Source: Candidatus Methylomirabilia bacterium (GTDB taxonomy: Bacteria > Methylomirabilota > Methylomirabilia > Rokubacteriales > CSP1-6). Taken from it: 64,000 nt of DNA. Position 1 is the first letter of the stretch. The number at the start of each line of letters is the position of its first letter. This document shows, in pieces, positions 1 to 9,892 of the stretch. The notes beneath the pieces were generated by a model. It was not told the DNA's origin, ran no database searches, and saw nothing but the letters and a program-made list of their open reading frames with translations. A program made the translations under genes and the position numbers. The stretch spans positions 1 to 64,000 of the forward strand of contig JBHIBG010000002.1 of NCBI GenBank assembly GCA_046758965.1, in the 5' to 3' direction.

Positions 1-62
1 GAGAGGTCGAACACCGCCACGAGCGCCCCCACGATCACCAACGCCATGAACAGCCTTTTCAT
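1..62 (-). CDS. 5' end of a secreted/membrane protein, runs off the window
   Basis: ATG at 62 reads MKRLFMALVIVGALVAVFDL, a basic N-terminus plus hydrophobic stretch like a signal peptide; open to the window edge. Confidence 0.6.
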   Translation of the reverse strand, partial: MKRLFMALVIVGALVAVFDL

Positions 63-480
63 GTCTCACACACCAGATCTCATCTCATGAAAACAGCGGA
101 GAGCGCCCGTTTATTCCCGGTTCCGGACAACCTTCCGGACCAGAACCTCGAGGGCTACGGCGAGCTCAACTTGCTCCGCGACGCGGCGTCTCAACCGATA
201 GTGGACCGCTGCAGCTCAGTGGGACACCGCACACTTTCGGAGACGCCGTCACCAGGCCGTAACGCGAAACCGCGTTCAAGGCACGCCAGGCCTACCAGTT
301 GGGCCAAGCACGATCCTCGGTAATCGGCAGCAGCGGACAGATGAGCGATGCATGCCAGCTCCCTGGAACCCTGAGACCTTCGGCACCCGCCCAACGGGGA
401 ACGCGCGTGCGGAGCAGACGAAGGGCGAGAGAGGGCCAGTTGCCCGGAAGAATGGCGAGGGGGAGGGTTACCGGCCTCTC

Positions 481-1830
481 CTACCCGCGGAGGTCAGGAG
501 TGATCTTGTAGGCGTGGATCTTCCGGTAGAGCGTTTTGGGGTCAATGCCGAGAAGGGTTGAGGCCTTCCCACGGTGGCCACCAACTTGGCGGAGGGTGGC
601 GATGATGTGCTGACGCTCCATGTCCTCCAGGCTGCCCGACGCTGGGCCGGAGGCCGGCGCCCCGCACTGGACCTCGGGAGGCAGGTCCTCGGGCTCGATC
701 TCCTCCCCCTGAGCGAGGATCACCGCCCGCTGGATGACATGCTCGAGTTCTCGCACGTTGCCGGGCCAGTCGTAAGCCTCCAGACAGGCCAGCGTTTTCG
801 CTGAGATTTGCTTAACGCCGTAGGCCGCGTTCTGCTCGAGGAAGTGCCGCGCGAGAAGTGCCGTGTCCTCTTTTCGCTCCCGGAGCGGTGGCAGGGTCAG
901 CGTGATCGTGTTGATCCGGTAAAACAGGTCCTGGCGGAAGTGGCCCACCTTCATGGCTTCCGCCAAGTCTTTGTTCGTGGCGGCCACGATCCGTGCGTCC
1001 ACGGTCCGGGTCCTGGTCCCCCCGACGCGGAAAAAACTCCCGGTCTCCAGCACTCGGAGAAGTTTCACCTGGCTCTCCGGCTCCATCTCGCCGATCTCAT
1101 CCAAGAACAGCGTGCCTCCTTCAGCCAGTTCAATGAGGCCGGGCTTGCTCTGGATCGCACCGGTGAACGCGCCTTTTTCGTGGCCGAACAGCTCGGACTC
1201 CAAAACCTCGCGCGGAAGGGCCCCGCAGTGGATGGGGGCGAACGGCTGCGGAGCACGGGCAGACCGCTCATGGATGGCCCGAGCCACGAGCTCCTTCCCG
1301 GTGCCGCTCTCTCCCAGGATCAACACGGTGGAGTCGGTGGGCGCCACCCGGTCCACAAGCCTCAGCACTTCCTGTATCTTCGGACTCCGGGTCACGATCC
1401 CCGCAAACGGCTCCCCTCCCGCCACCCGAGATCGAAGCGCCATGTTCTCCCGGATCAGCCGACCCTTTTCGGCCGCCTTGCGGACGAGAATATCCAGTTC
1501 CTCGATCTTGGCAGGCTTGGTCAGGAAATCGTAGGCGCCCAGCTTCATAGCTTCCACTGCGGTCGACACGTCATGGACACCCGTCAAGACGATGACCTGG
1601 GGGTTATCAGGGAGGTTCCGGACGGCACGGAGGAGCTCGATCCCCTCCAGGCCAGGCATCTTCATGTCCAGGAGCAGGACGTCAGGAGTAGACTCCTTGA
1701 GCCGCTCCATCGCCTCCTGGCCGTCAGCGGCTCCCTCCACCTCGTGCCCCTTGCGGGCGAGCTCCCTGACAAGGAGTTCGCGCAGATTCTTCTCGTCGTC
1801 GGCAACCACAACCCTGAGCGTTCTGGTCAT
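481..1830 (-). CDS. sigma-54-dependent response regulator (NtrC/AtoC family)
   Basis: Receiver domain (VADDE, LLDMKMP), Walker A GESGTGKE, GAFTGA motif, LFLDEIGEM, WPGNVREL, C-terminal Fis-type HTH. Confidence 0.95.
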   Translation of the reverse strand: MTRTLRVVVADDEKNLRELLVRELARKGHEVEGAADGQEAMERLKESTPDVLLLDMKMPGLEGIELLRAVRNLPDNPQVIVLTGVHDVSTAVEAMKLGAYDFLTKPAKIEELDILVRKAAEKGRLIRENMALRSRVAGGEPFAGIVTRSPKIQEVLRLVDRVAPTDSTVLILGESGTGKELVARAIHERSARAPQPFAPIHCGALPREVLESELFGHEKGAFTGAIQSKPGLIELAEGGTLFLDEIGEMEPESQVKLLRVLETGSFFRVGGTRTRTVDARIVAATNKDLAEAMKVGHFRQDLFYRINTITLTLPPLRERKEDTALLARHFLEQNAAYGVKQISAKTLACLEAYDWPGNVRELEHVIQRAVILAQGEEIEPEDLPPEVQCGAPASGPASGSLEDMERQHIIATLRQVGGHRGKASTLLGIDPKTLYRKIHAYKITPDLRG

Positions 1831-3923
1831 CGTTCGCCCCCCTCGGGGGCGCTCGGAAGAACCACCCGGAAGCGAGCGCCTTGATCCGGCCGCGAGGTTA
1901 CCTCGATACGCCCGCCATGATCGGCCACGATACCCTGGGCGATGGCAAGCCCGAGACCGGTCCCCTGGCTGGGCGGCTTGGTGGTGAAAAATGGGTCGAA
2001 GATGCGAGGCAGGAACTCTTCGGGGATCCCTGGGCCCTGATCCTCGAACTCCACCTCGAGCTCATCCTCGGGGAGGCGCCGGGTTCTAATCGTGACAGGC
2101 CCCTTGCCTTCTGTGGCCTCCAGGGCGTTCGCCGCAAGCGCGAGAAAGACCTGACGGAGTTGCCCTTCGTTGGCGAGCACCCGCGGCAGGGCAGGATCCG
2201 GCTCAGTGAGGCAGCGGGCTTCGGAAAATCGGGCCTGGTGCCAGAGCAGCTCCAGCACCTTGCCGACCACCGCGTTGACGTCGGTGGGGACGCGCCGACT
2301 ACCCGGATCCCGCACAAACTGAAGCAAGCTCGCGGTGATCTCCTTGCACCGGTACGCCTCCTCCTCGATGACGCCCAGATACGAAGGGAACTCCTGGAAG
2401 GCCGGCAGCCTTGCCAGCTCGGGAGCGCGAGCCCGCTCCTTGAGGGCTTCGGCGCACCCTGCGATAGTAGCCAGCGGGTTATTGAGCTCATGCGCCACCC
2501 CCGCGGCGAGCCGTCCCGCCGTGGTCAGGCGCTCGGCGAGGAGCATCTGCTTGGCAAGCCGCTTCTGGAGGGTGATGTCCTCAACGATGAGCACCACGTG
2601 TGGCGCACGCCCGCCGGCCGATTCCAGGGGTGCCCCGGTGAAACGCAGAATCTTGTTCCAGCCGTTCAACTGTAGCTCCTCCTCCGCTTGGCCCACGCTG
2701 CCGGAGGTGAGCACCCCCTCGAGGAACTGCTTGAAGGTCGGACGGGCCCTCTCGGGAACCAGCGAGAGGAACGAACACCCCATCCCGGCCTCGCAAGGCA
2801 GCGCCCTGCTGCCCTCCCGATTGGCGCTCACCACGGTGAGCTGGTCATCGAGGACGTAGAGCCCCAGGGGAAGGGTTTCCAGCACCACCTCGACGAAGCG
2901 CTTCTGCTCGGCCAGTTCCCGCGTCCGCGCCGCCACCATGGATTCGAGCAGCTCGCTGTGGCTCCTGACTGAATGGTAGAGGCGAGCATGCTCGAAGGCG
3001 ATGGCTGCCTGGTCGGCGAAGGCTGACAGCAGACGCTCTTCATCCTCGGTGAACCGGTGGGGATCCCGGCGGAACACGGTCAGCACCCCGATGGCGCGGT
3101 CTGCGACGAGCAGGGGCACCGCCAGCATGGAGTGGAGGCCGGCCTCCTTGGGGAGGTCCGGGTAGAGCACCCGCGGGTCGGTGGAAATGTCCTCGCTCTG
3201 CACCGGGACCCGTTCCTTCACCGCCATTCCCGTGATCCCTTCGCCCACCTTGAGCCGGATCCGGCCCAGCATTTTCTCGGGAAGGTCCAGGCTGGCCAGG
3301 GAGTGGAGCTCCCCCGTCGGCTGGTCCAGGGTCATGAGGCTGCAGGATGCCACTCCGAGCACCTCGCGGGCACGCTCAAGGATCACCTGGATCGTCTCCT
3401 CCAGTTCCAGGCTACCGCTCACGGCCCGGCCCGCCTCGAGGAGCGCGCGGGTCTCCCTCGCCCGGCGGACCCCCTGCAGGGCCTTCTCCTGATACTTTGA
3501 GATCTGCTCCAGCGATGAGCCGAGCTCCTCTGGAAACCCCGGCGGCAGCGCCCCTCGTCCCTGTCTCGCGCCACCTTTGGGATCAAGAAGAAAAAGTTGC
3601 CCGACCCGTCGGCCTTTTTTCCCGAGGGGCGCCTGGATCACCATAGGAGACCTGCGCCCCTGCCACCCGGGCGGGAGCGACCGCGCCACCGAGATGCGCT
3701 TCGCGGCCAGCGGCCCGGCCAGGCGTTGCCGGAGCCACGACTCCAACACGGGAGTCAGGCGGCGTCCCGCAGTCACTATGATAGGAGGCGCACCCGGACG
3801 CGAGAAGGCCAGCCCCGCAGCCCGAGCTCCGGTCAGACGGAGCAGATGGCGGGCCGTCTCGGTCAGCCCCGCCTCCAGGGAGTCGGCTCGTCCGAAGGCA
3901 GCCAGCAGCCGGGGAATGTTCAC
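1827..3923 (-). CDS. GAF/PAS sensor histidine kinase
   Basis: GAF domain, PAS-like segment, H-box [27 protein letters not shown]; overlaps the regulator start by 4 nt. Confidence 0.93.
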   Translation of the reverse strand: MNIPRLLAAFGRADSLEAGLTETARHLLRLTGARAAGLAFSRPGAPPIIVTAGRRLTPVLESWLRQRLAGPLAAKRISVARSLPPGWQGRRSPMVIQAPLGKKGRRVGQLFLLDPKGGARQGRGALPPGFPEELGSSLEQISKYQEKALQGVRRARETRALLEAGRAVSGSLELEETIQVILERAREVLGVASCSLMTLDQPTGELHSLASLDLPEKMLGRIRLKVGEGITGMAVKERVPVQSEDISTDPRVLYPDLPKEAGLHSMLAVPLLVADRAIGVLTVFRRDPHRFTEDEERLLSAFADQAAIAFEHARLYHSVRSHSELLESMVAARTRELAEQKRFVEVVLETLPLGLYVLDDQLTVVSANREGSRALPCEAGMGCSFLSLVPERARPTFKQFLEGVLTSGSVGQAEEELQLNGWNKILRFTGAPLESAGGRAPHVVLIVEDITLQKRLAKQMLLAERLTTAGRLAAGVAHELNNPLATIAGCAEALKERARAPELARLPAFQEFPSYLGVIEEEAYRCKEITASLLQFVRDPGSRRVPTDVNAVVGKVLELLWHQARFSEARCLTEPDPALPRVLANEGQLRQVFLALAANALEATEGKGPVTIRTRRLPEDELEVEFEDQGPGIPEEFLPRIFDPFFTTKPPSQGTGLGLAIAQGIVADHGGRIEVTSRPDQGARFRVVLPSAPEGGER

Positions 3924-4447
3924 GGGGAGACCCTCTGACGTGCGCGCAGGACTGCCAGAATCCGGTTCACCACCTCGTCCACGCCCAGGGTCCCGATCTC
4001 TACCGTGACGTGAGCCTGGCGATAGTAGGGGACGCGACGCTGGTACACCGACTCCACTTCCGCGCGAGACCTCCCATCCAGGACGGGCCGGAACCCGGCT
4101 CTCTGCGCCCGCTGGTGGAGGGTGTCGAAGTCACCGGCCAGCCAGATCACGGTGCCGAGCGCCTTGAGCGCTTCAATCCGGCCCGGATGGCACGGGAGGC
4201 CCCCACCCGTGGCGATCACCTCGCCCCGCTTGAGCCTGAGGAGGTCGAGCACCTCCGCCTCGCGCTCGCGGAAATAGGCCTCCCCCTCGACCGCAAAAAT
4301 CTCGGGAATTGAGCGCCCCTCCGTTGCCGTGATCATTTCGTCGGTCTCCACGAAGCAGCGGCCAAGCCGCCTGGCCAGGAGCCGTCCCACCGCGGACTTG
4401 CCAGCCCCCATGAAGCCGACGAGGATCACATTGTCGCGCCGCATCAT
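3920..4447 (-). CDS. aroK: shikimate kinase
   Basis: GFMGAGKS P-loop, GEAYFRERE, ATGGG, RPVL; ATG at 4447. Confidence 0.92.
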   Translation of the reverse strand: MMRRDNVILVGFMGAGKSAVGRLLARRLGRCFVETDEMITATEGRSIPEIFAVEGEAYFREREAEVLDLLRLKRGEVIATGGGLPCHPGRIEALKALGTVIWLAGDFDTLHQRAQRAGFRPVLDGRSRAEVESVYQRRVPYYRQAHVTVEIGTLGVDEVVNRILAVLRARQRVSP

Positions 4448-4452
4448 CGGCA

Positions 4453-4481
4453 ACTCTACAGCGCGGCAGAGGAGAAGTAAA
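4453..4481 (-). promoter_or_regulatory. sigma-70-like promoter of aroK (probably leaderless)
   Basis: TTTACT-17 nt-TAGAGT ending 5 nt before the ATG, no SD. Confidence 0.6.
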
Positions 4482-4517
4482 GCTGACCGGGCGCTGGCGG
4501 CGGTTCGGAGCCGGCCG

Positions 4518-5303
4518 TCATGGGAATTCGCGGCGGACGCTCCGATGGGCGGGCGCGCGGCGGAAGGCGCACTCTCTCACCCAGCAGCGGCGGCATTGGG
4601 TGAAGTAGTGATCTACGTGAGCCTCGGGGCCGATGCCGGCCAAGAACGAAATGCTCTTCGCCGGAGACATCACGCCGAGTTCACTCAGCGTTACTCCGGC
4701 GGGATCGCCCGGGCAGAGGTGAAAGAGGAGAGCCTGCTCGACCATCTCCCACCCCGCGTAGCCGGGACTCACCCGGTTGGTCACCTTCTGCCCTTCCGGG
4801 ATCGCCAGCTGGCAGAGCCAGTCGTTGACGTACTCCGCCAGGCACTCGGCGGCGGCAGAGCCCACGGCATCCAGCAACATGGCCAGCGGGAGTTCACGGG
4901 CGTCAAGCAGCTCCCGCACGCGGATCTCGCTGGCGGCGCCCACCGTGCAGATGGCGACTCCAACGGCCCTGAGCGATCCCCAGAGGCGCTCGATCCCGGG
5001 GATCCGAAGCTCGACGCCATCGACCAGCCGGAGGAGATCGCGAGTCTGGCCGGTCACCGGCACCGCGCGGTAGACGGCCGCGGGCGCCATGAGCGCCTCG
5101 CCGAGGCCAAGGGCGGACTCGAACAGGTCCGGCAGGTCCAAGGTCGGGCGGTCGCTCCCCTTCCTATAGCCGTGGAAGCGCAGGACCTCGTCACGGTCGA
5201 TCTGGAGAGGCACCCCGGATAGGGCGACCGGTCGCGAGGCCAGCACGGACTCGATCTCGGTCAGCGTGGCACGCCCTTCGGAGACTTGCGGGTCAGATTT
5301 CAC
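4518..5303 (-). CDS. stand-alone B12-dependent methionine synthase activation-domain-like protein
   Basis: ICTVG, LDAVGSAAAE, RVSPGY, MSPAKSIS motifs, C-terminal CxxCxxxxC; start codon uncertain. Confidence 0.8.
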   Translation of the reverse strand: MKSDPQVSEGRATLTEIESVLASRPVALSGVPLQIDRDEVLRFHGYRKGSDRPTLDLPDLFESALGLGEALMAPAAVYRAVPVTGQTRDLLRLVDGVELRIPGIERLWGSLRAVGVAICTVGAASEIRVRELLDARELPLAMLLDAVGSAAAECLAEYVNDWLCQLAIPEGQKVTNRVSPGYAGWEMVEQALLFHLCPGDPAGVTLSELGVMSPAKSISFLAGIGPEAHVDHYFTQCRRCWVRECAFRRAPAHRSVRREFP

Positions 5304-5472
5304 CCCGGCGGAATTTCTGTCGGATCTCCCTGGCGTCCGGAGCGATCGCGGAAAGCAAAAACCGGTTTGCCGCTTCCAGCCACTGGAGCCGCTGCTCGAT
5401 GGAGACCCGCAGGTGGCTCAGGATCCGCTCCTCGTCAACGATGTAGCAAACGCCACCGCGCTCAGCCGGAAC
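5293..5472 (-). pseudogene. small protein frame lacking a canonical start (partner of the nucleotidyltransferase remnant)
   Basis: Open frame VPAERGGVCYIVDEERILSHLRVSIEQRLQWLEAANRFLLSAIAPDAREIRQKFRRGEI*; no in-frame ATG/GTG/TTG near its 5' end. Confidence 0.5.
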
Positions 5473-5586
5473 CTTCCAACAGACGGTTCAGCCGTTCAAT
5501 CGCCGCGAAGTTCGAGGCGTCTTGGGCACGGCCTGTCACCGCACCGGGAATGCCTGGAGTTTCGTGAGGACCTCATCGTAGAACAA
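5462..5586 (-). pseudogene. internally deleted nucleotidyltransferase remnant
   Basis: N-terminal-like MFYDEVLTKLQAFPVR* joined out of frame to C-terminal-like GRAQDASNFAAIERLNRLLEGSG*. Confidence 0.45.
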
Positions 5587-5598
5587 GGTCTCCGACAG

Positions 5599-6510
5599 CT
5601 ATTGCCGCCTGCGGGCGCGGACGACTGCCGCGATCAGCCGAATGTGCTCGGGGGTGGAGCCGCAGCATGCGCCCACGACGTTGCAGCCCGCGTCCAGGAG
5701 GGCCGGATACTCCCCGGCCATCTCTTTCGGCCCCAATTCGTAGGTGACTCTCCCTTCTTTCACGACGGGAAGTCCGGCGTTCGGGTATGCGATCAGCGGG
5801 GCGTCGGTCACCTGGCGCATCTCGCGGATGATGACGATGGCGCGGTCCGGACCCCGGCCGCAGTTCATCCCGACCACGTCGGCCCCGGCACCGAGGAGCC
5901 GCGTGGCCACCTCCGCCGGGCTCTCCCCCCACATGGTGCGGTCCCGGTCGTGAAGCTCCTCGTACTGGAAAAACATGGTCGTCATCACGGGCAGGTCCGT
6001 CACCGCCTTGCAGGCCCGGATGGCCGCTACGGCTTCCTCGGGGTACATCATGGTCTCCACAGCAAAGAGATCTACGCCCCCCTCGGCGAGGGCCTCCGCC
6101 TGCTCACGGAAGTTCTCGTAGAGTTCTTCCTCGCTGACATCACCGTAGGGCTCCACGATGTGGCTGGTCGGGCCGATCGAGCCCGCCACGTACCTGCCCG
6201 GAGGGCAGACCTCCCGCGCCAGCTGTCCCCCCTTGATGTTCAGTTCGCCGGTCCGCTCGGCGATCTTGTAGGCCCCGAGCTTCAGCCGGGTCCCACCAAA
6301 GGTGTTGGTCTCGATAAAGTCCGAGCCCGCATCGAGGTAGGCTCTGTGGATCCCGCGGACGATGTCAGGATGGGTGTCGTTCCAGAGCTCGGGACACGCC
6401 CCGTCCACCAGGCCGGCCGCGAAGAGCATGGTGCCGTAGCCACCGTCGAAGAGGAGGGTTTCCCTCGCCCTCACCCGCTCGATCAGCTCCCAGCCACGCC
6501 CCTTACCCAC
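5599..6510 (-). CDS. homocysteine S-methyltransferase domain protein (MetH N-terminal-like)
   Basis: FDGGYGT, ETNTFG, AGSIGPT, GMNC, YPNAGLP, GACCG Zn ligands; GTG at 6510 overlaps the upstream stop. Confidence 0.9.
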   Translation of the reverse strand: MGKGRGWELIERVRARETLLFDGGYGTMLFAAGLVDGACPELWNDTHPDIVRGIHRAYLDAGSDFIETNTFGGTRLKLGAYKIAERTGELNIKGGQLAREVCPPGRYVAGSIGPTSHIVEPYGDVSEEELYENFREQAEALAEGGVDLFAVETMMYPEEAVAAIRACKAVTDLPVMTTMFFQYEELHDRDRTMWGESPAEVATRLLGAGADVVGMNCGRGPDRAIVIIREMRQVTDAPLIAYPNAGLPVVKEGRVTYELGPKEMAGEYPALLDAGCNVVGACCGSTPEHIRLIAAVVRARRRQ

Positions 6511-7171
6511 CGGCCACCCTCTCCGCGATTCCGAGCAGGTCCTTGGCCTTGACCACTGCCAGGGTGGAGTCCTTGGCATAACCATCAGCGCCGATCTCAT
6601 TCGCGTAGGCCTGGGAGACCGGGGCTCCCCCGATCATCACCTTAACGCGCTCGCGTAGTCCGGCTTTGCTCAGGGCGTCGATGGTCCGCTTCATGGCGGG
6701 CATGGTCGTCGTCATCAGCGCGGAGATACCCACGATCTCCGCGCCGTGCTCCTGCGCAGCGGCGACGAAGACCTCAGGAGCCACATCGCGGCCCAGGTTG
6801 TGGACTGTGAAGCCCGCCCCCTCAAGCATCATGGCGACCAGGTTCTTGCCGATGTCGTGCAGGTCACCCTGCGCCGTGCCAATGACGACGGTCCCGACAT
6901 GACCGGAGGGCTCCGCCGTCGCGATGAGGGGCTTGAGCAGGTCGAGCCCCGCATACATGGCGCGGGCCGAGAGGAGCACCTGGGGGACGTAGTATTCGTT
7001 GCGCCTGAACTTTTCCCCGACCACATCCATACCTGGAATGAGCCCCTTGAAGATGAGATCCCTGGGGTCCATCTGCCGGGCCAGACCTTCTCGGGTGAGC
7101 CGGGCAACGGTTTCCCTGTCGCCCACGATCAACGCCTTCGCCATGCTCGGGTAATCGAAGTCGTCGTTCAT
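6503..7171 (-). CDS. corrinoid (B12-binding) protein
   Basis: Cap domain (GMDVVGEKF) plus GDLHDIGKNLV, SALMTTT, MIGGAP. Confidence 0.93.
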   Translation of the reverse strand: MNDDFDYPSMAKALIVGDRETVARLTREGLARQMDPRDLIFKGLIPGMDVVGEKFRRNEYYVPQVLLSARAMYAGLDLLKPLIATAEPSGHVGTVVIGTAQGDLHDIGKNLVAMMLEGAGFTVHNLGRDVAPEVFVAAAQEHGAEIVGISALMTTTMPAMKRTIDALSKAGLRERVKVMIGGAPVSQAYANEIGADGYAKDSTLAVVKAKDLLGIAERVAGG

Positions 7172-7193
7172 TGCAGAGGGTGAGTGAGCCGGG

Positions 7194-8564
7194 TCAGGCG
7201 GTGACGGTCTCGTATCCCGCCTTCTGCCAGTCGGTCATGCCGCCACCGACATTGTAGAAACCCCGGAGCCCGGCCCGCATGAGAGCGCTGATGACCGTGC
7301 TCGAGCGAAGGCCCCCCGAGCAGATCACGGCCTTGGGAGGGTTCGGTGGGACCTCGCCGAGCCGGCCCACAGCCTCCCGCATGGGTAGGTGGACGGCCCC
7401 TTCAATGTGCCCCTCCAGCCACTCGAAAGGCTCCCGCACGTCGATGACCACCAGTTCGGGCCGTTCCTCGCGCCACGTGGCCAGGTCGTGGCCGGCGATC
7501 TGCGGAACCGTCTCCACGGGCAGGCCATCGCTCCGCCATTCCGTCATGCCCCACTTGACAAACCCGAGAATCTCGTCGACGCCGACCCGAGACAACCCTC
7601 GGACCGCCCGCTCGAGGTCCGAGGGACCTTGGGCCACGAGGACCACAGGGGTCCCGTTCGGGACGAACCAGCCCACGCGGTCGGCGAACTGGGGGCTTCC
7701 CATCCAGACGTTCAGGGCACCCGGAATGTGCCCCTCGCCGAAGCTGACCGGGTCTCGGAGATCCACGACCCAGGCCCCGCGAGCCAGAGCCTCGCGGGTC
7801 TCCTCGGTGGTGTAGGGGCTCGGCTTGGCTGCCGCAATGGGCAGGAGGCCTCGGTTCTTGGCGACGATGGTCTCGAAATTCGGCGGCGTTGGTGGGATTC
7901 CGGAGATGATGAACCGGACAAACTCTTCCTTGGCCCGGGCCTGGAGAGCTCCGTTGAAGCGGCGCTCAAATCCGATGGTGGAGCCCCACTTTGCCGACAT
8001 CGCGCGGCCGCAGAGGGAGCCAGCGCCGTGACCGGGGTAAACCTCCACGCTGTCCTCCAGGGTGAGGAGCTTGCCGAAGAGGCTGTCGTAGAGCTCCCCG
8101 GCAGTCTCGCCGCCCAAGTCCGGCCGCCCGGCGTCCCCGACAAAGAGCGTGTCTCCCGTCAGGACAAGCCACGGAACCGGGGCGCGGGCCCGGTCGGTCG
8201 CCAGGATACAGATGCTCTCGGGGGTGTGGCCGGGGGTGTGGAGAATTTTCAGGATCACGTTCCCCAGCGTGATTTCTTCGCCATCCCTGACCGGGACATG
8301 CTCGAAGGCGACGCCCGCTGCCGGGTGCAGAAAGATCCGGGCCCCGGTCTTCGCCGCCAGCTCCCGGTTCCCGGAGATGTGATCGGCATGCATGTGGGTT
8401 TCAAAGACATGGGTGATGCTGAGCCGTTTTCGGTGAGCGAGAGCGATGTACTCGTCAACACGGTCGCGTCCCGGGTCCACAACGGCCGCCACCGCCGCCT
8501 GACCGCAGCCGATCAGGTAGGAGAGACACCCTGCCTCCTCGTTGACCACTTGCTGGAAGATCAT
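7194..8564 (-). CDS. MBL-fold hydrolase with two rhodanese domains (persulfide dioxygenase/sulfurtransferase-like)
   Basis: THMHADH, TPGHT, TGDTLF, two GHI.GA rhodanese repeats, CSGGLRS active loop; ATG at 8564 with GGAGG SD. Confidence 0.9.
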   Translation of the reverse strand: MIFQQVVNEEAGCLSYLIGCGQAAVAAVVDPGRDRVDEYIALAHRKRLSITHVFETHMHADHISGNRELAAKTGARIFLHPAAGVAFEHVPVRDGEEITLGNVILKILHTPGHTPESICILATDRARAPVPWLVLTGDTLFVGDAGRPDLGGETAGELYDSLFGKLLTLEDSVEVYPGHGAGSLCGRAMSAKWGSTIGFERRFNGALQARAKEEFVRFIISGIPPTPPNFETIVAKNRGLLPIAAAKPSPYTTEETREALARGAWVVDLRDPVSFGEGHIPGALNVWMGSPQFADRVGWFVPNGTPVVLVAQGPSDLERAVRGLSRVGVDEILGFVKWGMTEWRSDGLPVETVPQIAGHDLATWREERPELVVIDVREPFEWLEGHIEGAVHLPMREAVGRLGEVPPNPPKAVICSGGLRSSTVISALMRAGLRGFYNVGGGMTDWQKAGYETVTA

Positions 8565-8769
8565 CGTCCGGCCTCCTCCGGCACACCGGCTCTCGCGTTT
8601 CGCTGCCTCAACTCTTACCATAGGCAGAGAGGCTCAGCAAGCAACGCGCCCCGCGGAGGAGTGTGCGGAGGCCCTCGGATCGGCAAAAGATGGCGTCCCA
8701 GGCCAGGCGTGTTCTTGACCGGCTTAACCTGGTAGCATAGAATTTGTAGGTCTGTCCAGGCGCACAACG

Positions 8770-9534
8770 GTGGAGATAAGAGTCCTCGGATCCTATGGTG
8801 GTGAAGGGCAGGGCCAGCGCCCCTCGGCGTTCCTGATCAACGGGCGAGTCCTGCTGGACGCGGGCTCTGTCACTGCCGCGCTCACCCTGGAGGAGCAGGG
8901 GAAGATCGAGTCCGCGATTCTCTCACACGCCCACCTGGACCATGTGGTCGGGCTGGCCTACCTGGTCGACTGGCTGGCCATGACCGAGCGCCCGAAGCTG
9001 GTCACTGCCACGAGCATCGGCCCGGTCGTGGACGCCCTCCGCACTCACGTTTTCAACGACTCACTCTGGCCGGATTTCTCCGTCATTCCTTCTCCCACCT
9101 CGCCCGTGCTTCGCTTTCGGACGCTCGAGGAGGAGGTAGAGGCGCGCGTCGGCGAGCTCTGGGTGACGCCCGTGCGCGTGGACCACACGGTCCCCACCGC
9201 TGGCTACATCATCCACGACGGGGAGGCAGGTTTCCTGTACACCGGGGACACCGGGCCCACGGAACGGATCTGGGAGCTCGCGCGGGGGGTGCGGGGGCTC
9301 CGGGCCGTGATCATCGAGACCGCCTTCCCCGACCGGCTCCACACCACGGCCGTGGCCTCCAAGCACCTGACCCCGACCCTGCTCAGCCGCGAGATGAAGA
9401 AGATTCCGCCGGACGTGCCCCTCTGGATCTTTCACGTCAAGCCCCAATTCACCGAGGAGACCACCGAGGCGCTGGCGAAGCTGGACTCCTCGCGGGTTCA
9501 GATCCTGGAACAAGGCAAGACCTACACGCTGTAG
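8770..9534 (+). CDS. class II 3',5'-cyclic-nucleotide phosphodiesterase (MBL fold)
   Basis: VLGSYGG, LLDAG, SHAHLDH, HVFNDSLWPDF, TGDTGPT, HLTP; TTGACC-17-TAGAAT promoter upstream. Confidence 0.85.
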   Translation: MEIRVLGSYGGEGQGQRPSAFLINGRVLLDAGSVTAALTLEEQGKIESAILSHAHLDHVVGLAYLVDWLAMTERPKLVTATSIGPVVDALRTHVFNDSLWPDFSVIPSPTSPVLRFRTLEEEVEARVGELWVTPVRVDHTVPTAGYIIHDGEAGFLYTGDTGPTERIWELARGVRGLRAVIIETAFPDRLHTTAVASKHLTPTLLSREMKKIPPDVPLWIFHVKPQFTEETTEALAKLDSSRVQILEQGKTYTL

Positions 9535-9610
9535 CGCTCCGGTGCCGGCGAGCTCACGCCAGCCATGCGCCGGGGCGCCCTCTCTCGCTCAGGCCTCTTC
9601 CCCTGCTTGC

Positions 9611-9736
9611 TCGGAGGAGGGCTTCGCCCCCCTCCGCACGCGGAGCAACCTCGCAGGCGAGGTTGCGGAGAGCGCGAGCCGAAGGCGAGCGTACCTCCCC
9701 CCAACTCAGGTTGCGCGGGCAAAGCCCGCGCTCGAA
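9611..9736. repeat. intergenic multi-hairpin repeat, copy 1 (with about 55 nt insert)
   Basis: Shares TCGGAGG..CTCCG, TACCTC and AGGTTGCGCGGGC-NNN-GCCCGCGC(T/C)CGAA with 52237-52313. Confidence 0.75.
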
Positions 9737-9892
9737 ACAGCTTACCTTGGTGCGCTCGTCGTGCCTATCGCCACCCAACTCCGTTGGGCGGCTCGGAGCG
9801 CTCCGGCGTCCTGGGCTTCGCGGCCCGCCGGGCACCATCCGAAGGATGGTCGCGGCCGGATTCGCTCGGCCGGGCAAATCGCCGGGCGCTGT

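Noticed and set aside
260..360. TGGC motifs as candidate sigma-54 promoters beside the NtrC-type gene
   Set aside because: None has the required GG-N10-GC spacing.
5304..5598. Cobalamin riboswitch within the corrinoid cluster
   Set aside because: No recognisable B12-box arrangement; the region is better explained as coding remnants.
5536..5601. Possible pyrrolysine readthrough of the TAG ending the homocysteine methyltransferase
   Set aside because: The domain is already complete, the extension is only about 20 codons, and no pyl genes are visible.
9535..9890. CRISPR array or tRNA in the hairpin-rich gap
   Set aside because: No regularly spaced identical repeats with unique spacers, no cloverleaf or T-loop consensus, and no cas genes.
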